This document shows, piece after piece, positions 10,241 through 19,172 of a stretch of DNA of 54,901 nucleotides. The notes beneath the pieces are model-generated. The model searched no databases. It was not told the origin of the DNA and worked only from the letters and a program-made list of their open reading frames with translations. Source of the DNA: Gammaproteobacteria bacterium (GTDB taxonomy: Bacteria > Pseudomonadota > Gammaproteobacteria > Eutrophobiales > Eutrophobiaceae); the NCBI GenBank assembly GCA_047517145.1, contig JAKZTI010000074.1:1-54901 (forward strand), given 5' to 3'. The position numbers and the translations under genes are program-made. Each line of letters begins with the position of its first letter. Within the stretch, counting starts at the first letter, position 1.

Positions 10241-11533
10241 TCATTGGGATAATAACGCCTCAGATTCTCTCGCCGCTGCCAATAATGCCAGCCTGGCGAT
10301 CACGCCATAGGCGTAGAAACGATTTGGATGCGCATCAGCATCCATGTCTCTTTCAGGGGAGATACAGCAATCATCAAATGCCAGAGGCTCGAAACGCATT
10401 CCAGGAGTGTTGAGATTCTCATTTGCGGCACGGGCATCATGAACCCGATAGAAACCGCCGACGACATTATGGTCAATCATGTAAACAACAGGTTCAGCGA
10501 CCGTTTCTTCTTCCCCCCAGGTTTCGTGTGTATAGACCCCTTCCTGGATAATTACTTTGGTCACTTTCTGACCTTCTTTGATAGTTGACATACGGGTACG
10601 CTGCTTGCGATTTAATTCGGCAATATCTTCAACGCTGTTGACCGTCATGATGCCCATGCCATATGTACCGCTGTCGGCTTTTACGATGACATAAGGCCGA
10701 CACTTTATATCGTATTCATCATATTTCTTTTGTATCTCTTTCAGCAGGGCATCGACATTTGTTTCCAGACAGGAACCACCTGCACGCTGCATGAAATCAA
10801 TCTCGCCACAATTTCTGAATAAAGGATCAATAAACCAGGAATCAATTCCAATATACTCGCCAAATTCGGCGGCTATTCCCTGATAGTGTCTGAAGTGAAC
10901 GGACTTCAAGCGATTAGACCATCCCAGGCCAAGCCCTGGTGTCACCGTCTGCTCTAAAGATTCAAGGATCGCCGGTCGCCCTGAAGAAAGGTCATTATTC
11001 AGGACAATCAACTCAGGCACAAAGTCACCGACGGAGACCTTATCTTTACTTCTTTGTAATGGTTCCAGAAACACTGACTTCCCTGATTCCAGGTCAATGT
11101 TCACTGATTCTGACATATCCTCCATTATCGAACCCAATTTCACCTGAAACCCGGCCTTCTCTATTATTTGCTGAAGGGCAACCAAACTTTCCAGATAAAA
11201 AAGATTGCGAGTATGATTTTCAGGAATGATTAAAATCCTGTCTACCTGATGCGGCAAGCGCTCAATGGCTAATTGTACTGCCTGTATACACAACGCTTCG
11301 AATGCCGGGTTAAGATTATTAAAGCCTGCAGGAAAAAGGTTCGTATCTACCGGTGCCAACTTATATCCGGCATTGCGTAAATCAACAGAGGTATAAAAAG
11401 GTGCCGGGGTTATTCGCCACTGGCTTCGAAACCACGACTCAATATCTGATTGGTGATCAACCAAATGCCGTTCGACCTGGTGTAATGGACCAGTCAGTGC
11501 TGTGGTCAGATGCGGAACAGGGTTAGGGTTCAT
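10241..11533 (-). CDS. gshA: Glutamate--cysteine ligase, Acidithiobacillus/Xanthomonas-type family
   Basis: The 430-aa product carries FYTSVDLRNAGYKLAPVDTNLFPAGFNNL, which I recognise from that GshA family. The assignment is from memory of the family and was not searched. Confidence 0.6.
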   Translation of the reverse strand: MNPNPVPHLTTALTGPLHQVERHLVDHQSDIESWFRSQWRITPAPFYTSVDLRNAGYKLAPVDTNLFPAGFNNLNPAFEALCIQAVQLAIERLPHQVDRILIIPENHTRNLFYLESLVALQQIIEKAGFQVKLGSIMEDMSESVNIDLESGKSVFLEPLQRSKDKVSVGDFVPELIVLNNDLSSGRPAILESLEQTVTPGLGLGWSNRLKSVHFRHYQGIAAEFGEYIGIDSWFIDPLFRNCGEIDFMQRAGGSCLETNVDALLKEIQKKYDEYDIKCRPYVIVKADSGTYGMGIMTVNSVEDIAELNRKQRTRMSTIKEGQKVTKVIIQEGVYTHETWGEEETVAEPVVYMIDHNVVGGFYRVHDARAANENLNTPGMRFEPLAFDDCCISPERDMDADAHPNRFYAYGVIARLALLAAARESEALLSQ

Positions 11534-11613
11534 GATTTTTTTCCAGCTACCTTTTTAAACCAATGTATTAGGATAATCTGATTAAGCTACACTTTCATGT
11601 TTATTTGTCAGGC

Positions 11614-12027
11614 TCAGGAAAAATCGCCCCACAACATCTGGCCGGCACTGATAGCAGCCAAAGCGGCTGTTTCGGTTCTTAAGATTCTCGGGCCAATGTT
11701 GATGATCTGATTGCCTGCTTCACAAGACCTTTTAATTTCACTGTCTGAAAAACCTCCGTCAGGGCCAATTAACAGCGTAAGATTCCCTGCTGGTTTGGAT
11801 AATTTTGCCAAATTTCTTCCAGACTCAGGGTGCAATATTAAATTTGTGAGTCCGGTACCCAGTCTAAGCCACTCATCAACCGCTAGTGGTGCAACAAGCT
11901 CTGGTATTTTGTTACGTCCAGACTGCTCGCAAGCACCAACGATTACCCCTTGCCAATGCTCAATTTTCTTTTGTTGACGCTGCTCATCAAGATGTACATT
12001 TTTGTGCTCTGTTTTAATGTAACGAAT
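11614..12027 (-). pseudogene. rsmE: 5'-truncated 16S rRNA m3U1498 methyltransferase RsmE remnant
   Basis: The frame reads (stop)IRYIKTEHKNVHLDEQRQQKKIEHWQGVIVGACEQSGRNKIPEL...LLIGPDGGFSDSEI...GPRILRTETAALAAISAGQMLWGDFS. This aligns with E. coli RsmE from about residue 115 to the end. An in-frame TAA sits at 12028-12030. The first possible start is TTG at 11835, which would give only 73 aa. Confidence 0.8.
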
Positions 12028-12162
12028 TTACTTTGGTGAATATCTCTGAATTGGTAAACTCTCAGAATGACAACACAATATGCGAAAATTCAGAAAAATC
12101 TGATTCATTATTAATCTCAAGTGTTTAAAACTTTCAACCTGTAATAGCTTATAATCCAGCAC

Positions 12163-13593
12163 ATGGAAATTCCTGGTTACAAAATACACCATCAAGTTGG
12201 TCAGGGCGGCATGGCAACTGTTTATCTCGCCTTACAGGAATCATTAAACAGATCCGTTGTCCTCAAGATACTTGATATCCATGGCCCGACTGCCAATGAG
12301 ACGCTCATCGAAAGGTTTCTATCAGAAGGTCGCATCGTCGCAACGCTTAACCATCCAAATATCATTACCATATTTGATATTGGTGTTACAGAGGACTCTT
12401 TATACATCTCCATGGAATATATTGATGGTGGTGATCTTAAAATGCGTATGGAATTACCAATAAACTCTGATACCGCACTCGACTATCTTGCCAAGATAGG
12501 CTCAGGACTGGACGCAGCACATAAGATGGGTGTGGTACACCGAGACATTAAACCAGCAAATATCATGTTCAGGGATGAAAACACGCCTCTGATTACGGAC
12601 TTTGGTATCGCCAAGCAGACCGATGCCGCAGACAACGATTTAACATCTACCGGCCTGTTTCTCGGGAGTCCGAACTATGTCAGCCCTGAACAGGCCGACG
12701 GCATTGAAATTGATGGCCGTGCTGACATTTACAGCCTGGGCTGCTTGTTCTATGAAATGCTGACCGGTAGCAAACCCTATGTTTCAGCAACTATTTTTGA
12801 TGTCATTATTAAACACAAACAGGCGCCCATCCCTGTTTTTGAGGAAGGTCTCACCGAATTTCAGCCCTTATTAGACATGATGATGGCAAAAAATCGAGAT
12901 GAGCGATTTAATGATGCAGCCGAGATGGTACAAAGCATTAAGAAATTACAAAAAATAAGAAAAGCTTCAGCCACGATCACGGATTTCGATATTGCTGGCA
13001 CCGTGCCCTCCGACGCGACAAAACAAAACAAGACCCAAACCCTGAATATTTTGTTGCTGCTTATGATAACTTCGGGTGGAATTTTAGGAACCTTGCAATA
13101 TGCACAATCAAAGATGAACAACACTTCACTAAAAATCGAAAACGTGCCCATTAATGCAGATTTACCTGACAACATCGGGCCATCAATTTTTGATGATTCT
13201 GCACAGCCATTGCGCTCAAGTGCAGCTACAGCACCAGTTAAAATTTCTGACGATGTTGTCCAGGCACTGCATTGGCTGGGCAAGAAGAGTCTTGAAGAAT
13301 ATCGTCTGACTTTTCCTGAAAAAGATAATGCTTATTATTATTATTCGAGATTACTTGAAGCTGACCCAACGGATAAAGTTGCAGCAGCGGGCCTACTCAA
13401 TATTGCTGATAGATATGCATATCTGGCAGAGCGATCAGTTCTTGATAACGATTACGACAAAGCACAAGCCTACATTAATATCGGCCTGAAATTTAACTCA
13501 AACCATGCAGCCTTGATTAAATTGAAAGAACTAAATGTGGATGTTGAAGAAAAATCATTTATGGAAAAACTTAAGAATTTATTCACGAGTTAA
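12163..13593 (+). CDS. Hanks-type Ser/Thr protein kinase with one TM helix and a TPR-like extracytoplasmic domain
   Basis: Kinase motifs GQGGMATVY, VLK, HRDIKPANI, DFGIAK and SPE. TM segment LNILLLLMITSGGILGTL. The C-terminal region is helical-repeat-like. Confidence 0.85.
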   Translation: MEIPGYKIHHQVGQGGMATVYLALQESLNRSVVLKILDIHGPTANETLIERFLSEGRIVATLNHPNIITIFDIGVTEDSLYISMEYIDGGDLKMRMELPINSDTALDYLAKIGSGLDAAHKMGVVHRDIKPANIMFRDENTPLITDFGIAKQTDAADNDLTSTGLFLGSPNYVSPEQADGIEIDGRADIYSLGCLFYEMLTGSKPYVSATIFDVIIKHKQAPIPVFEEGLTEFQPLLDMMMAKNRDERFNDAAEMVQSIKKLQKIRKASATITDFDIAGTVPSDATKQNKTQTLNILLLLMITSGGILGTLQYAQSKMNNTSLKIENVPINADLPDNIGPSIFDDSAQPLRSSAATAPVKISDDVVQALHWLGKKSLEEYRLTFPEKDNAYYYYSRLLEADPTDKVAAAGLLNIADRYAYLAERSVLDNDYDKAQAYINIGLKFNSNHAALIKLKELNVDVEEKSFMEKLKNLFTS

Positions 13594-13611
13594 GTACCAG
13601 GAATTCTCTAC

Positions 13612-14148
13612 TTATTTTTCATATGATTCTTGCTGCAATAAAGCCTTGGCCTCTTCTGTGCGCATGTTTTCCCAGGCTGAAATCAGCGCCTTCAGTTTTT
13701 CAATTGATATATCGTCTTCCCTGGTTTCTGTTTCCATCAATTCTTCATCTTCAGGGGTTTCCATCGCCATGGCTTCACTTGAATCCATCTGAGGTTCCCC
13801 CGTTCCCTCCTCATTACTTTTTTCCATCGCTGCTTTTAATCTAGCAGCTTCCATTGCCTTCTGCTTTGCAGCAAGCCGATCTTCTTCAGCACTGACAAAG
13901 GCCTTTGTACGTAAAGAAATGCGTTGTTCATCAGAAATTTCAATGCCTGTATCGTCAATAATTTTGCCCCGACTGAAGACAAAGACCCGCGGCCCTCCTT
14001 CAGCACTACGATACCAGGCAGGAGGTTTGCCAGATAATTGCGTTGTTCCGGTTTCAGGATCGGCCCATTGATACATCTGGGCCTGAACAGATTGACTAAG
14101 GATAGTCTGACTAAAAAGCATTAACCCAATTAAGCAATAGCGATACAC
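13612..14148 (-). CDS. Secreted DUF4124-like protein with a charged coiled tail
   Basis: Signal peptide ...LSQSVQA, then MYQWADPETGTTQLSGKPP, which matches the DUF4124 motif (Y.W.D..G....S..PP). The start is GTG. Confidence 0.55.
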   Translation of the reverse strand: MYRYCLIGLMLFSQTILSQSVQAQMYQWADPETGTTQLSGKPPAWYRSAEGGPRVFVFSRGKIIDDTGIEISDEQRISLRTKAFVSAEEDRLAAKQKAMEAARLKAAMEKSNEEGTGEPQMDSSEAMAMETPEDEELMETETREDDISIEKLKALISAWENMRTEEAKALLQQESYEK

Positions 14149-14247
14149 TCTCGAATCCTCTTCGTGATACTGATAAGATTATAACATTCTTCGCCCATAC
14201 CCAAACTATCTTGATACCCCAATATTTATAAAATTGAGACAAAAAAA

Positions 14248-15477
14248 ATGAATTTGTTTGATATTATTGCCCTGCTTATCACCCTGACGGCTGTATTCAG
14301 CTTTATCAATCATTGCACGCTTAAATTACCGATGACGATTGGCGTCATGCTCATTGGCCTGTTGATGTCTTTAGGTTTATTGATACTCAAACCTCTAGGC
14401 CTGGATTTAACCATTCAGGCAACTGCCTTTCTAAAATCAATTGATTTCAATCAAACTCTCATGCATGGCATGTTGAGTTATCTGTTATTTGCAGGTGCCC
14501 TTCATGTAAACCTGTCTGATTTGGCCAGACAAAAATGGTTGATTGCATCATTGGCAACATTGGGTGTTATCGCGTCTACCGCCATCGTCGGTGGTTTACT
14601 ATGGCTTGTTCTGGGTTTTGTCGGTATCGACTTACCTTTTATATATTGCCTGGTCTTTGGTGCTTTAATATCACCTACTGATCCTATCGCTGTACTCGCA
14701 ATACTTCGCACTGCTCACGCACCAAAATCTCTGGAGACACAAATTACCGGGGAATCATTATTTAATGATGGCGTAGGTGTGGTTATCTTTTTGTTGATAA
14801 GCGGTTTCGCGTTTGGCGGAATCGACATCACAGTCAGTTCAGTGATCATTTTCTTCCTGGAAGAAACGCTGGGCGGTGCAGTCTTCGGATTTGTAGCGGG
14901 CGGCATCACTTATGCCATGCTGAAACGTGTTGATAATTATCAGGTCGAGATATTACTGACACTGGCTCTGGTTACTGGCGGCTACGCACTGGCTGAAGCA
15001 CTGCATTTATCTGCGCCCATCGCCATAGTCGTTGCTGGGCTTATGATTGGTAATCAAGGCCGCACACTGGCAATGAGTGATACCACCAGAGAACATCTGG
15101 ACACCTTCTGGGAACTTATTGATGAAATACTTAACGCTGTTTTATTTGTTTTGATTGGTCTTGAAATATTAATAATCAATTTTGAGTCCCAGCTGCTAGT
15201 TGCAGGCGGCATCTCTATCATCATTGTGTTAATTGCCAGGTTTATCAGTGTTAGCATCCCTGTATTTTGTATCAAGAAATTCAGAGAACTGTCTCCGGGT
15301 GTTACTAAAATTCTGACATGGGCTGGATTACGCGGTGGTATTTCAGTGGCATTAGCGCTGTCTTTACCCGCCAGTGCAGAGAGAGAAATAATATTGGCGA
15401 TTACTTATTGTGTTGTTGTCTTTTCAATCCTGGTACAGGGCTTGACCATCGGCAAGCTGATTAAAAGATATACCTGA
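14248..15477 (+). CDS. Cation:proton antiporter (CPA1, NhaP-like)
   Basis: 409 aa with about 11-12 TM segments, plus motifs ISPTDPIAV and GESLFNDG typical of the Na+/H+ exchanger family. Confidence 0.8.
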   Translation: MNLFDIIALLITLTAVFSFINHCTLKLPMTIGVMLIGLLMSLGLLILKPLGLDLTIQATAFLKSIDFNQTLMHGMLSYLLFAGALHVNLSDLARQKWLIASLATLGVIASTAIVGGLLWLVLGFVGIDLPFIYCLVFGALISPTDPIAVLAILRTAHAPKSLETQITGESLFNDGVGVVIFLLISGFAFGGIDITVSSVIIFFLEETLGGAVFGFVAGGITYAMLKRVDNYQVEILLTLALVTGGYALAEALHLSAPIAIVVAGLMIGNQGRTLAMSDTTREHLDTFWELIDEILNAVLFVLIGLEILIINFESQLLVAGGISIIIVLIARFISVSIPVFCIKKFRELSPGVTKILTWAGLRGGISVALALSLPASAEREIILAITYCVVVFSILVQGLTIGKLIKRYT

Positions 15478-15529
15478 TTATCCGAACAACGGATTTAAGT
15501 AACTGCCATTCGGGATAAGAGTGGGTAAA

Positions 15530-16249
15530 TCAAGCACTCACACAAGTAAGATACGCCTGTTCCAGATCCTTGGCTTTATACGTGCTTGTACATTCCTCTA
15601 TAGTGCCGATAAACGGAATGCATCCTTCATGAAGAATTGCGACACGATCACACAAGACCTCAATATCTGCCAGCATATGGGTACTGAAGAAAATTGTCTT
15701 ACCGGCCTGTTTCAGTTCGATCAGGTGTTGTTTTAAAAAGGCCCTGGCTTTTGGATCCAGACCACTCATGGGTTCATCAAGCACCATCAAATCTTTCTCA
15801 CTCATCAGACAGGCTGCCAGGCCCAGTTTCTGCGCCATACCTTTTGAAAAATCCCTGACGGGTTTCGATAGTGCTAATATGTCCAGATCAAGAATTGCAA
15901 ATAGATCTGTAGCCTTATAACTACTGTATTCAATCCCATGAAGTTCAGCCATATACACCAGAAAGTCCTTCCCTGTGAGGTAATAAGGGGGCATAAATCT
16001 TTCCGGAAGAAACACCAGATTTTGTCTTGCTTCTTTCTTTGTGTGAGCAGTACCGAATATTTCAATGTTACCAGATGTTACATCACAGAAATCCAGCAGG
16101 CACTTAATCAGCGTTGTTTTACCCGCGCCATTGACACCAATTAAACCAGTAAACTCACCTGCACTGACAGTCAAATCAATCTCATCCAAAACCCGGGTAT
16201 CGGCAAAGGATTTACAGAGTTTTCTAATGTTGATTACTGAATCAGTCAT
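15530..16249 (-). CDS. ABC transporter ATP-binding protein (ABC-2 type)
   Basis: Walker A GVNGAGKTT, signature SKGMAQKL, Walker B LMVLDEP and an H-loop (FFSTH). Confidence 0.9.
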   Translation of the reverse strand: MTDSVINIRKLCKSFADTRVLDEIDLTVSAGEFTGLIGVNGAGKTTLIKCLLDFCDVTSGNIEIFGTAHTKKEARQNLVFLPERFMPPYYLTGKDFLVYMAELHGIEYSSYKATDLFAILDLDILALSKPVRDFSKGMAQKLGLAACLMSEKDLMVLDEPMSGLDPKARAFLKQHLIELKQAGKTIFFSTHMLADIEVLCDRVAILHEGCIPFIGTIEECTSTYKAKDLEQAYLTCVSA

Positions 16250-16342
16250 AACATCATTTTTTCGACATATTACCGCTTGTTAAATTTACAGTCTTCATTA
16301 CTCAATTTAATCATAAAAAAATGCCGATAAATGATAAAGTCG

Positions 16343-16377
16343 CATAAAAATTAAAGCCCGCTATTGCGGGCTTTAAT
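16343..16377 (-). terminator. Rho-independent terminator downstream of the major pilin gene
   Basis: Perfect 10-bp stem TAAAGCCCGC/GCGGGCTTTA (16352-16361 and 16366-16375) with a 4-nt loop. On the minus strand it is followed by AATTTTTAT. Confidence 0.75.
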
Positions 16378-16402
16378 ATGGATAACGCTACAATAGAAAT
16401 AT

Positions 16403-17176
16403 TTAGTAAACGAACACCTGCCCACAATCCTGAGAGTCATCAAAGACATCATAGATATCTGTTAACGCATTAGTGCCAGCTGCATTTGCCGGAGCAACCA
16501 CCCCCGCTGTTGTCGTACAATTAGCAAATTGTGGTATGAAATTTATTGGGTCGAAGACAACAGTTGTACCTGTGGCACCGGCACCATCAGCTATGGTTAA
16601 ACGTACCACACCAGAATTAGGCAGACCATCGTCCACCTTAAGATCCAGTTCCCGCGCAACATTAACCGGGACGTTCCGGCCCATGTGCAGATTTAGACGC
16701 ACTGAACGTACTCCCGAATACCCTGCATTTCGAGTCAATATTAAAGGGCCATTAAAGGCGTTGACTGGCCCAGCCAGAAGTGTTGCATAAAATGTCTCAG
16801 TTGTAGGATCGGCGATTGCCGGTGTAAAACCACCCGATATAAATTGGGAAGCGGCTAGTTGTGTCCATAATGCTGAGGCTTCTAAAGTCGTATTATCAAT
16901 ACGTCCGTTGCCATTGCCTCCAATGAGCTGAGCAACTGCTATACCCAGTGCCGGTGATGCATTTGCTGCAGACCAGTCACCCGGGACCTGACGATAGCGA
17001 TCGATAAAGCCGAAGTAAGCCGCTTGAATGCCGGAGTTCTGATCCGCAAGGTTTCTTACTCTTGCACTATTAATGAGTTCCTGGCCCTTTAAAATACCAC
17101 CCAGTAAAAGGCCAATAATCACCAATACAATTGCGATTTCTACGAGTGTGAAACCCGCCTGTTTTCTGTTGTTCAT
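16403..17176 (-). CDS. Type IV (MSHA/T2SS-like) major pilin precursor, unusually long at 258 aa
   Basis: MNNRKQAG|FTLVEIAIVLVIIGLLLGG is a class III signal peptide with Gly-1, Phe+1 and Glu+5. A C-terminal Cys-Cys pair (CTTTAG...DSQDC) resembles a pilin D-region. The gene has its own sigma54 promoter and terminator. ATG at 17176 was chosen because the longer ORF (to 17260) would run across the promoter. Confidence 0.85.
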   Translation of the reverse strand: MNNRKQAGFTLVEIAIVLVIIGLLLGGILKGQELINSARVRNLADQNSGIQAAYFGFIDRYRQVPGDWSAANASPALGIAVAQLIGGNGNGRIDNTTLEASALWTQLAASQFISGGFTPAIADPTTETFYATLLAGPVNAFNGPLILTRNAGYSGVRSVRLNLHMGRNVPVNVARELDLKVDDGLPNSGVVRLTIADGAGATGTTVVFDPINFIPQFANCTTTAGVVAPANAAGTNALTDIYDVFDDSQDCGQVFVY

Positions 17177-17230
17177 CTCTATTGTTCTCACTTTACACTC
17201 CTCTTTCATCCAGTATTTGCTTATAAGTAC

Positions 17231-17246
17231 AGCAAATGTCATGCCA
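17231..17246 (-). promoter_or_regulatory. Sigma54 (-24/-12) promoter of the pilin gene
   Basis: The minus strand reads TGGCATGACATTTGCT, against the consensus TGGCAC-N5-TTGCW with exact GG/GC spacing. It lies 55-70 nt upstream of the pilin ATG. Confidence 0.75.
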
Positions 17247-17284
17247 TATTTATAACTCATTGATTTATTTAGTTTTATATCTGC

Positions 17285-17330
17285 TTCAAGCTTGAAAAAA
17301 ACAAGCTCTTTTGATGAAGCATCATCAAAA
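17285..17330. promoter_or_regulatory. Two perfect palindromes upstream of the sigma54 promoter (candidate enhancer-binding sites or a terminator)
   Basis: TTCAAGCTTGAA (17285-17296) and TTTTGATGA-AGCA-TCATCAAAA (17309-17330) lie 40-85 nt upstream of the -24 element. The function is not established. Confidence 0.35.
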
Positions 17331-17388
17331 CTGTCGAGATATCAACAAACTGGTGAACGTCATATGGTAGTGCGACAGGATGAGTCCA

Positions 17389-18129
17389 CTATTTGTCTTT
17401 ATCATTTTCACGTTCTAGTCTATCGAGCCGATCAAGTAGAAATTTAAGCTCATGGGCATCTGTGATTGCACCACTTTCCAGTAAACCGCCAATCAATACT
17501 TTTGCACTTTCTATTTCGCCCATATCCTCCAGAACATATATTTCCATTTGCTTTACCCAGGGAGGGATATCTTTCACGGTTACCTGTTGGGCAACTGCAT
17601 GCGCATATTCTAATGCCAGTGGATAATCTTTAAGCCTGTGCTTGGCAACATAAATCGCATGAATCATGGACGGCCAGCGCCGATCTGGATCTTCGGAAAA
17701 TTTTTCAGAAATAAACTCCAGCATTTGACGTTTTTTTTCATCGTCTGTAACAACACCATAAACACGACCCGCAGCCAGTAGCGGATACTGGCCTTTGGGA
17801 TCCAGCGTTAAAATTCTTTCCAGCCAGTTGATGACCCGTTGATAATCGAGATTTTTAAATGGCACACTGACCCCTGGTTGATTATCAAACGCCTGTAACC
17901 AGAGCATAAATAATTTCGAAATCGCAATAGAATCTCCCAGACCCATCAATTGCGACTCTATTTTCGAAGGCGGCTCAGGCAGTGACTTGATATTTATCGT
18001 TGCCAGCGCACCTGAACTTGACCAATAAATTTGAAAAAGAAAAGCAACAATTAAAGTAATGATGATAACTGCAGGAACATCTTTTACTGAACGTTCATCT
18101 GATCTGTTGAGTAAACGCCAAAAATTCAT
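17389..18129 (-). CDS. Membrane-anchored helical-repeat (TPR-like) protein of unknown function
   Basis: 246 aa with a single N-terminal TM (VPAVIIITLIVAFLFQIYW) and an all-helical remainder. I recognise no family. It lies between the pilin gene and the ABC-2 permease gene. Confidence 0.5.
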   Translation of the reverse strand: MNFWRLLNRSDERSVKDVPAVIIITLIVAFLFQIYWSSSGALATINIKSLPEPPSKIESQLMGLGDSIAISKLFMLWLQAFDNQPGVSVPFKNLDYQRVINWLERILTLDPKGQYPLLAAGRVYGVVTDDEKKRQMLEFISEKFSEDPDRRWPSMIHAIYVAKHRLKDYPLALEYAHAVAQQVTVKDIPPWVKQMEIYVLEDMGEIESAKVLIGGLLESGAITDAHELKFLLDRLDRLERENDKDK

Positions 18130-18169
18130 ATGTCAGTAGTACCCTTAGTCTTATGATTTAAAATAAACA

Positions 18170-18252
18170 TGTCATCCCGAACCGAAGGAAGGGAGGGATA
18201 TTATAGGTTTAGATATCGAGAGCAAGATCCCTCCCTTCGGTTCGGGATGACA
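18170..18252. repeat. Long imperfect inverted repeat (83-nt hairpin) between two co-directional genes
   Basis: TGTCATCCCGAACCGAAGG(AAGG)GAGGGAT ... ATCCCTCCCTTCGGTTCGGGATGACA forms 26 bp of pairing. One arm carries a 4-nt bulge and the loop is 27 nt. Confidence 0.8.
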
Positions 18253-18311
18253 GTAAGAATAGTGGGACGTTAACCAAAACGGCAATTCTAGTATGAACAA
18301 TTGTGAAAACA

Positions 18312-19088
18312 TTAAAAATTCTTTCTGTTTAAATCAAAACATGCTGCAGCGAATAGCAAGACAACATAGATAATCGTCTGTCCGGCAACAAACATATATT
18401 CACTGCCACCACCTCCACCATAGACCAACCATTCCGTTTTGCTAAATTGATCAAGTTCGGGGAGCAAGGTTGCTATGATATCGACAACCACATTAATTAT
18501 TTTATGAGAGATTGCTGCCGTTCCCAGAATAGGACTATCGCCCATCAACTGGATGGTACTGATCGTCCGTGCCAGTAAATAGAATGCCACAACTGAAGAA
18601 AATGCTGTGGTAACATTTTTAAATGTGATAAGGCATAACAAGGATAAGGCCGTGAGAATCCATAGTTCACAAATCAAAGAAAAACACCATAAGATCAGCT
18701 GTGAAGTAGTATCGATTAAAGCCAACGGAATGCAGACGATTATGGCAATAAACACAGCCAATAGACAAAAACCGAGCATCTTTCCAGCAAGATATGAATA
18801 TCTATCCACTGGAAGAGAAATAATTAATTCAAGTCCCTTGTCATTAAATTCCCTTATTGTGCTTGTGATCACAAAGATGCAAGTGATAAACACAGCAAAA
18901 AGTCGCAGAATCATCCCTGTTATCGCACTTTGAATTTGCGTAGTTTCAGTAACTGCCAGCTCACCAATGAACTGCGTTAATCCGAACAGGCATACGACAC
19001 CTACCAACACCACTGTAAACAGACGGTTCTTGATACTCTCTATTAGAGTAAACCTGGCAATCGTTAATATGGGCTGTATCGTTGTCAT
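18312..19088 (-). CDS. ABC-2 family transporter permease
   Basis: About 258 aa with six predicted TM segments in a NosY/ABC-2-like layout. The likely partner ATPase is at 15530-16249. The ORF opens at TTG 19106; the first ATG is at 19088. Confidence 0.6.
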   Translation of the reverse strand: MTTIQPILTIARFTLIESIKNRLFTVVLVGVVCLFGLTQFIGELAVTETTQIQSAITGMILRLFAVFITCIFVITSTIREFNDKGLELIISLPVDRYSYLAGKMLGFCLLAVFIAIIVCIPLALIDTTSQLILWCFSLICELWILTALSLLCLITFKNVTTAFSSVVAFYLLARTISTIQLMGDSPILGTAAISHKIINVVVDIIATLLPELDQFSKTEWLVYGGGGGSEYMFVAGQTIIYVVLLFAAACFDLNRKNF

Positions 19089-19172
19089 ACTGTATTCTGT
19101 TTGCAATCCATGAGTACTATACTATAGCGCAGTTAATTGAATGGCTTCCTGCATAAAACTTTATTCCAGATA

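Noticed and set aside
12028-12162. A search for the missing RsmE N-terminus in other frames upstream of the remnant
   Set aside because: The minus-strand reading I translated across this stretch gives only a short AT-rich ORF (MNQIFLNFRILCCHSESLPIQRYSPK), with no resemblance to RsmE. The other phases were only eyeballed. The N-terminal part appears to be absent rather than frameshifted.
15478-15529. An imperfect inverted repeat TTATCCGAA...TTCGGGATAA between the convergent antiporter and ABC ATPase genes
   Set aside because: The stem is bulged, the loop is 22 nt and there is no U-tract. It is too weak to call a terminator.
17177-17260. A longer pilin ORF starting at 17260
   Set aside because: It would place 28 residues before the class III leader and would read through the sigma54 -24/-12 element at 17231-17246.
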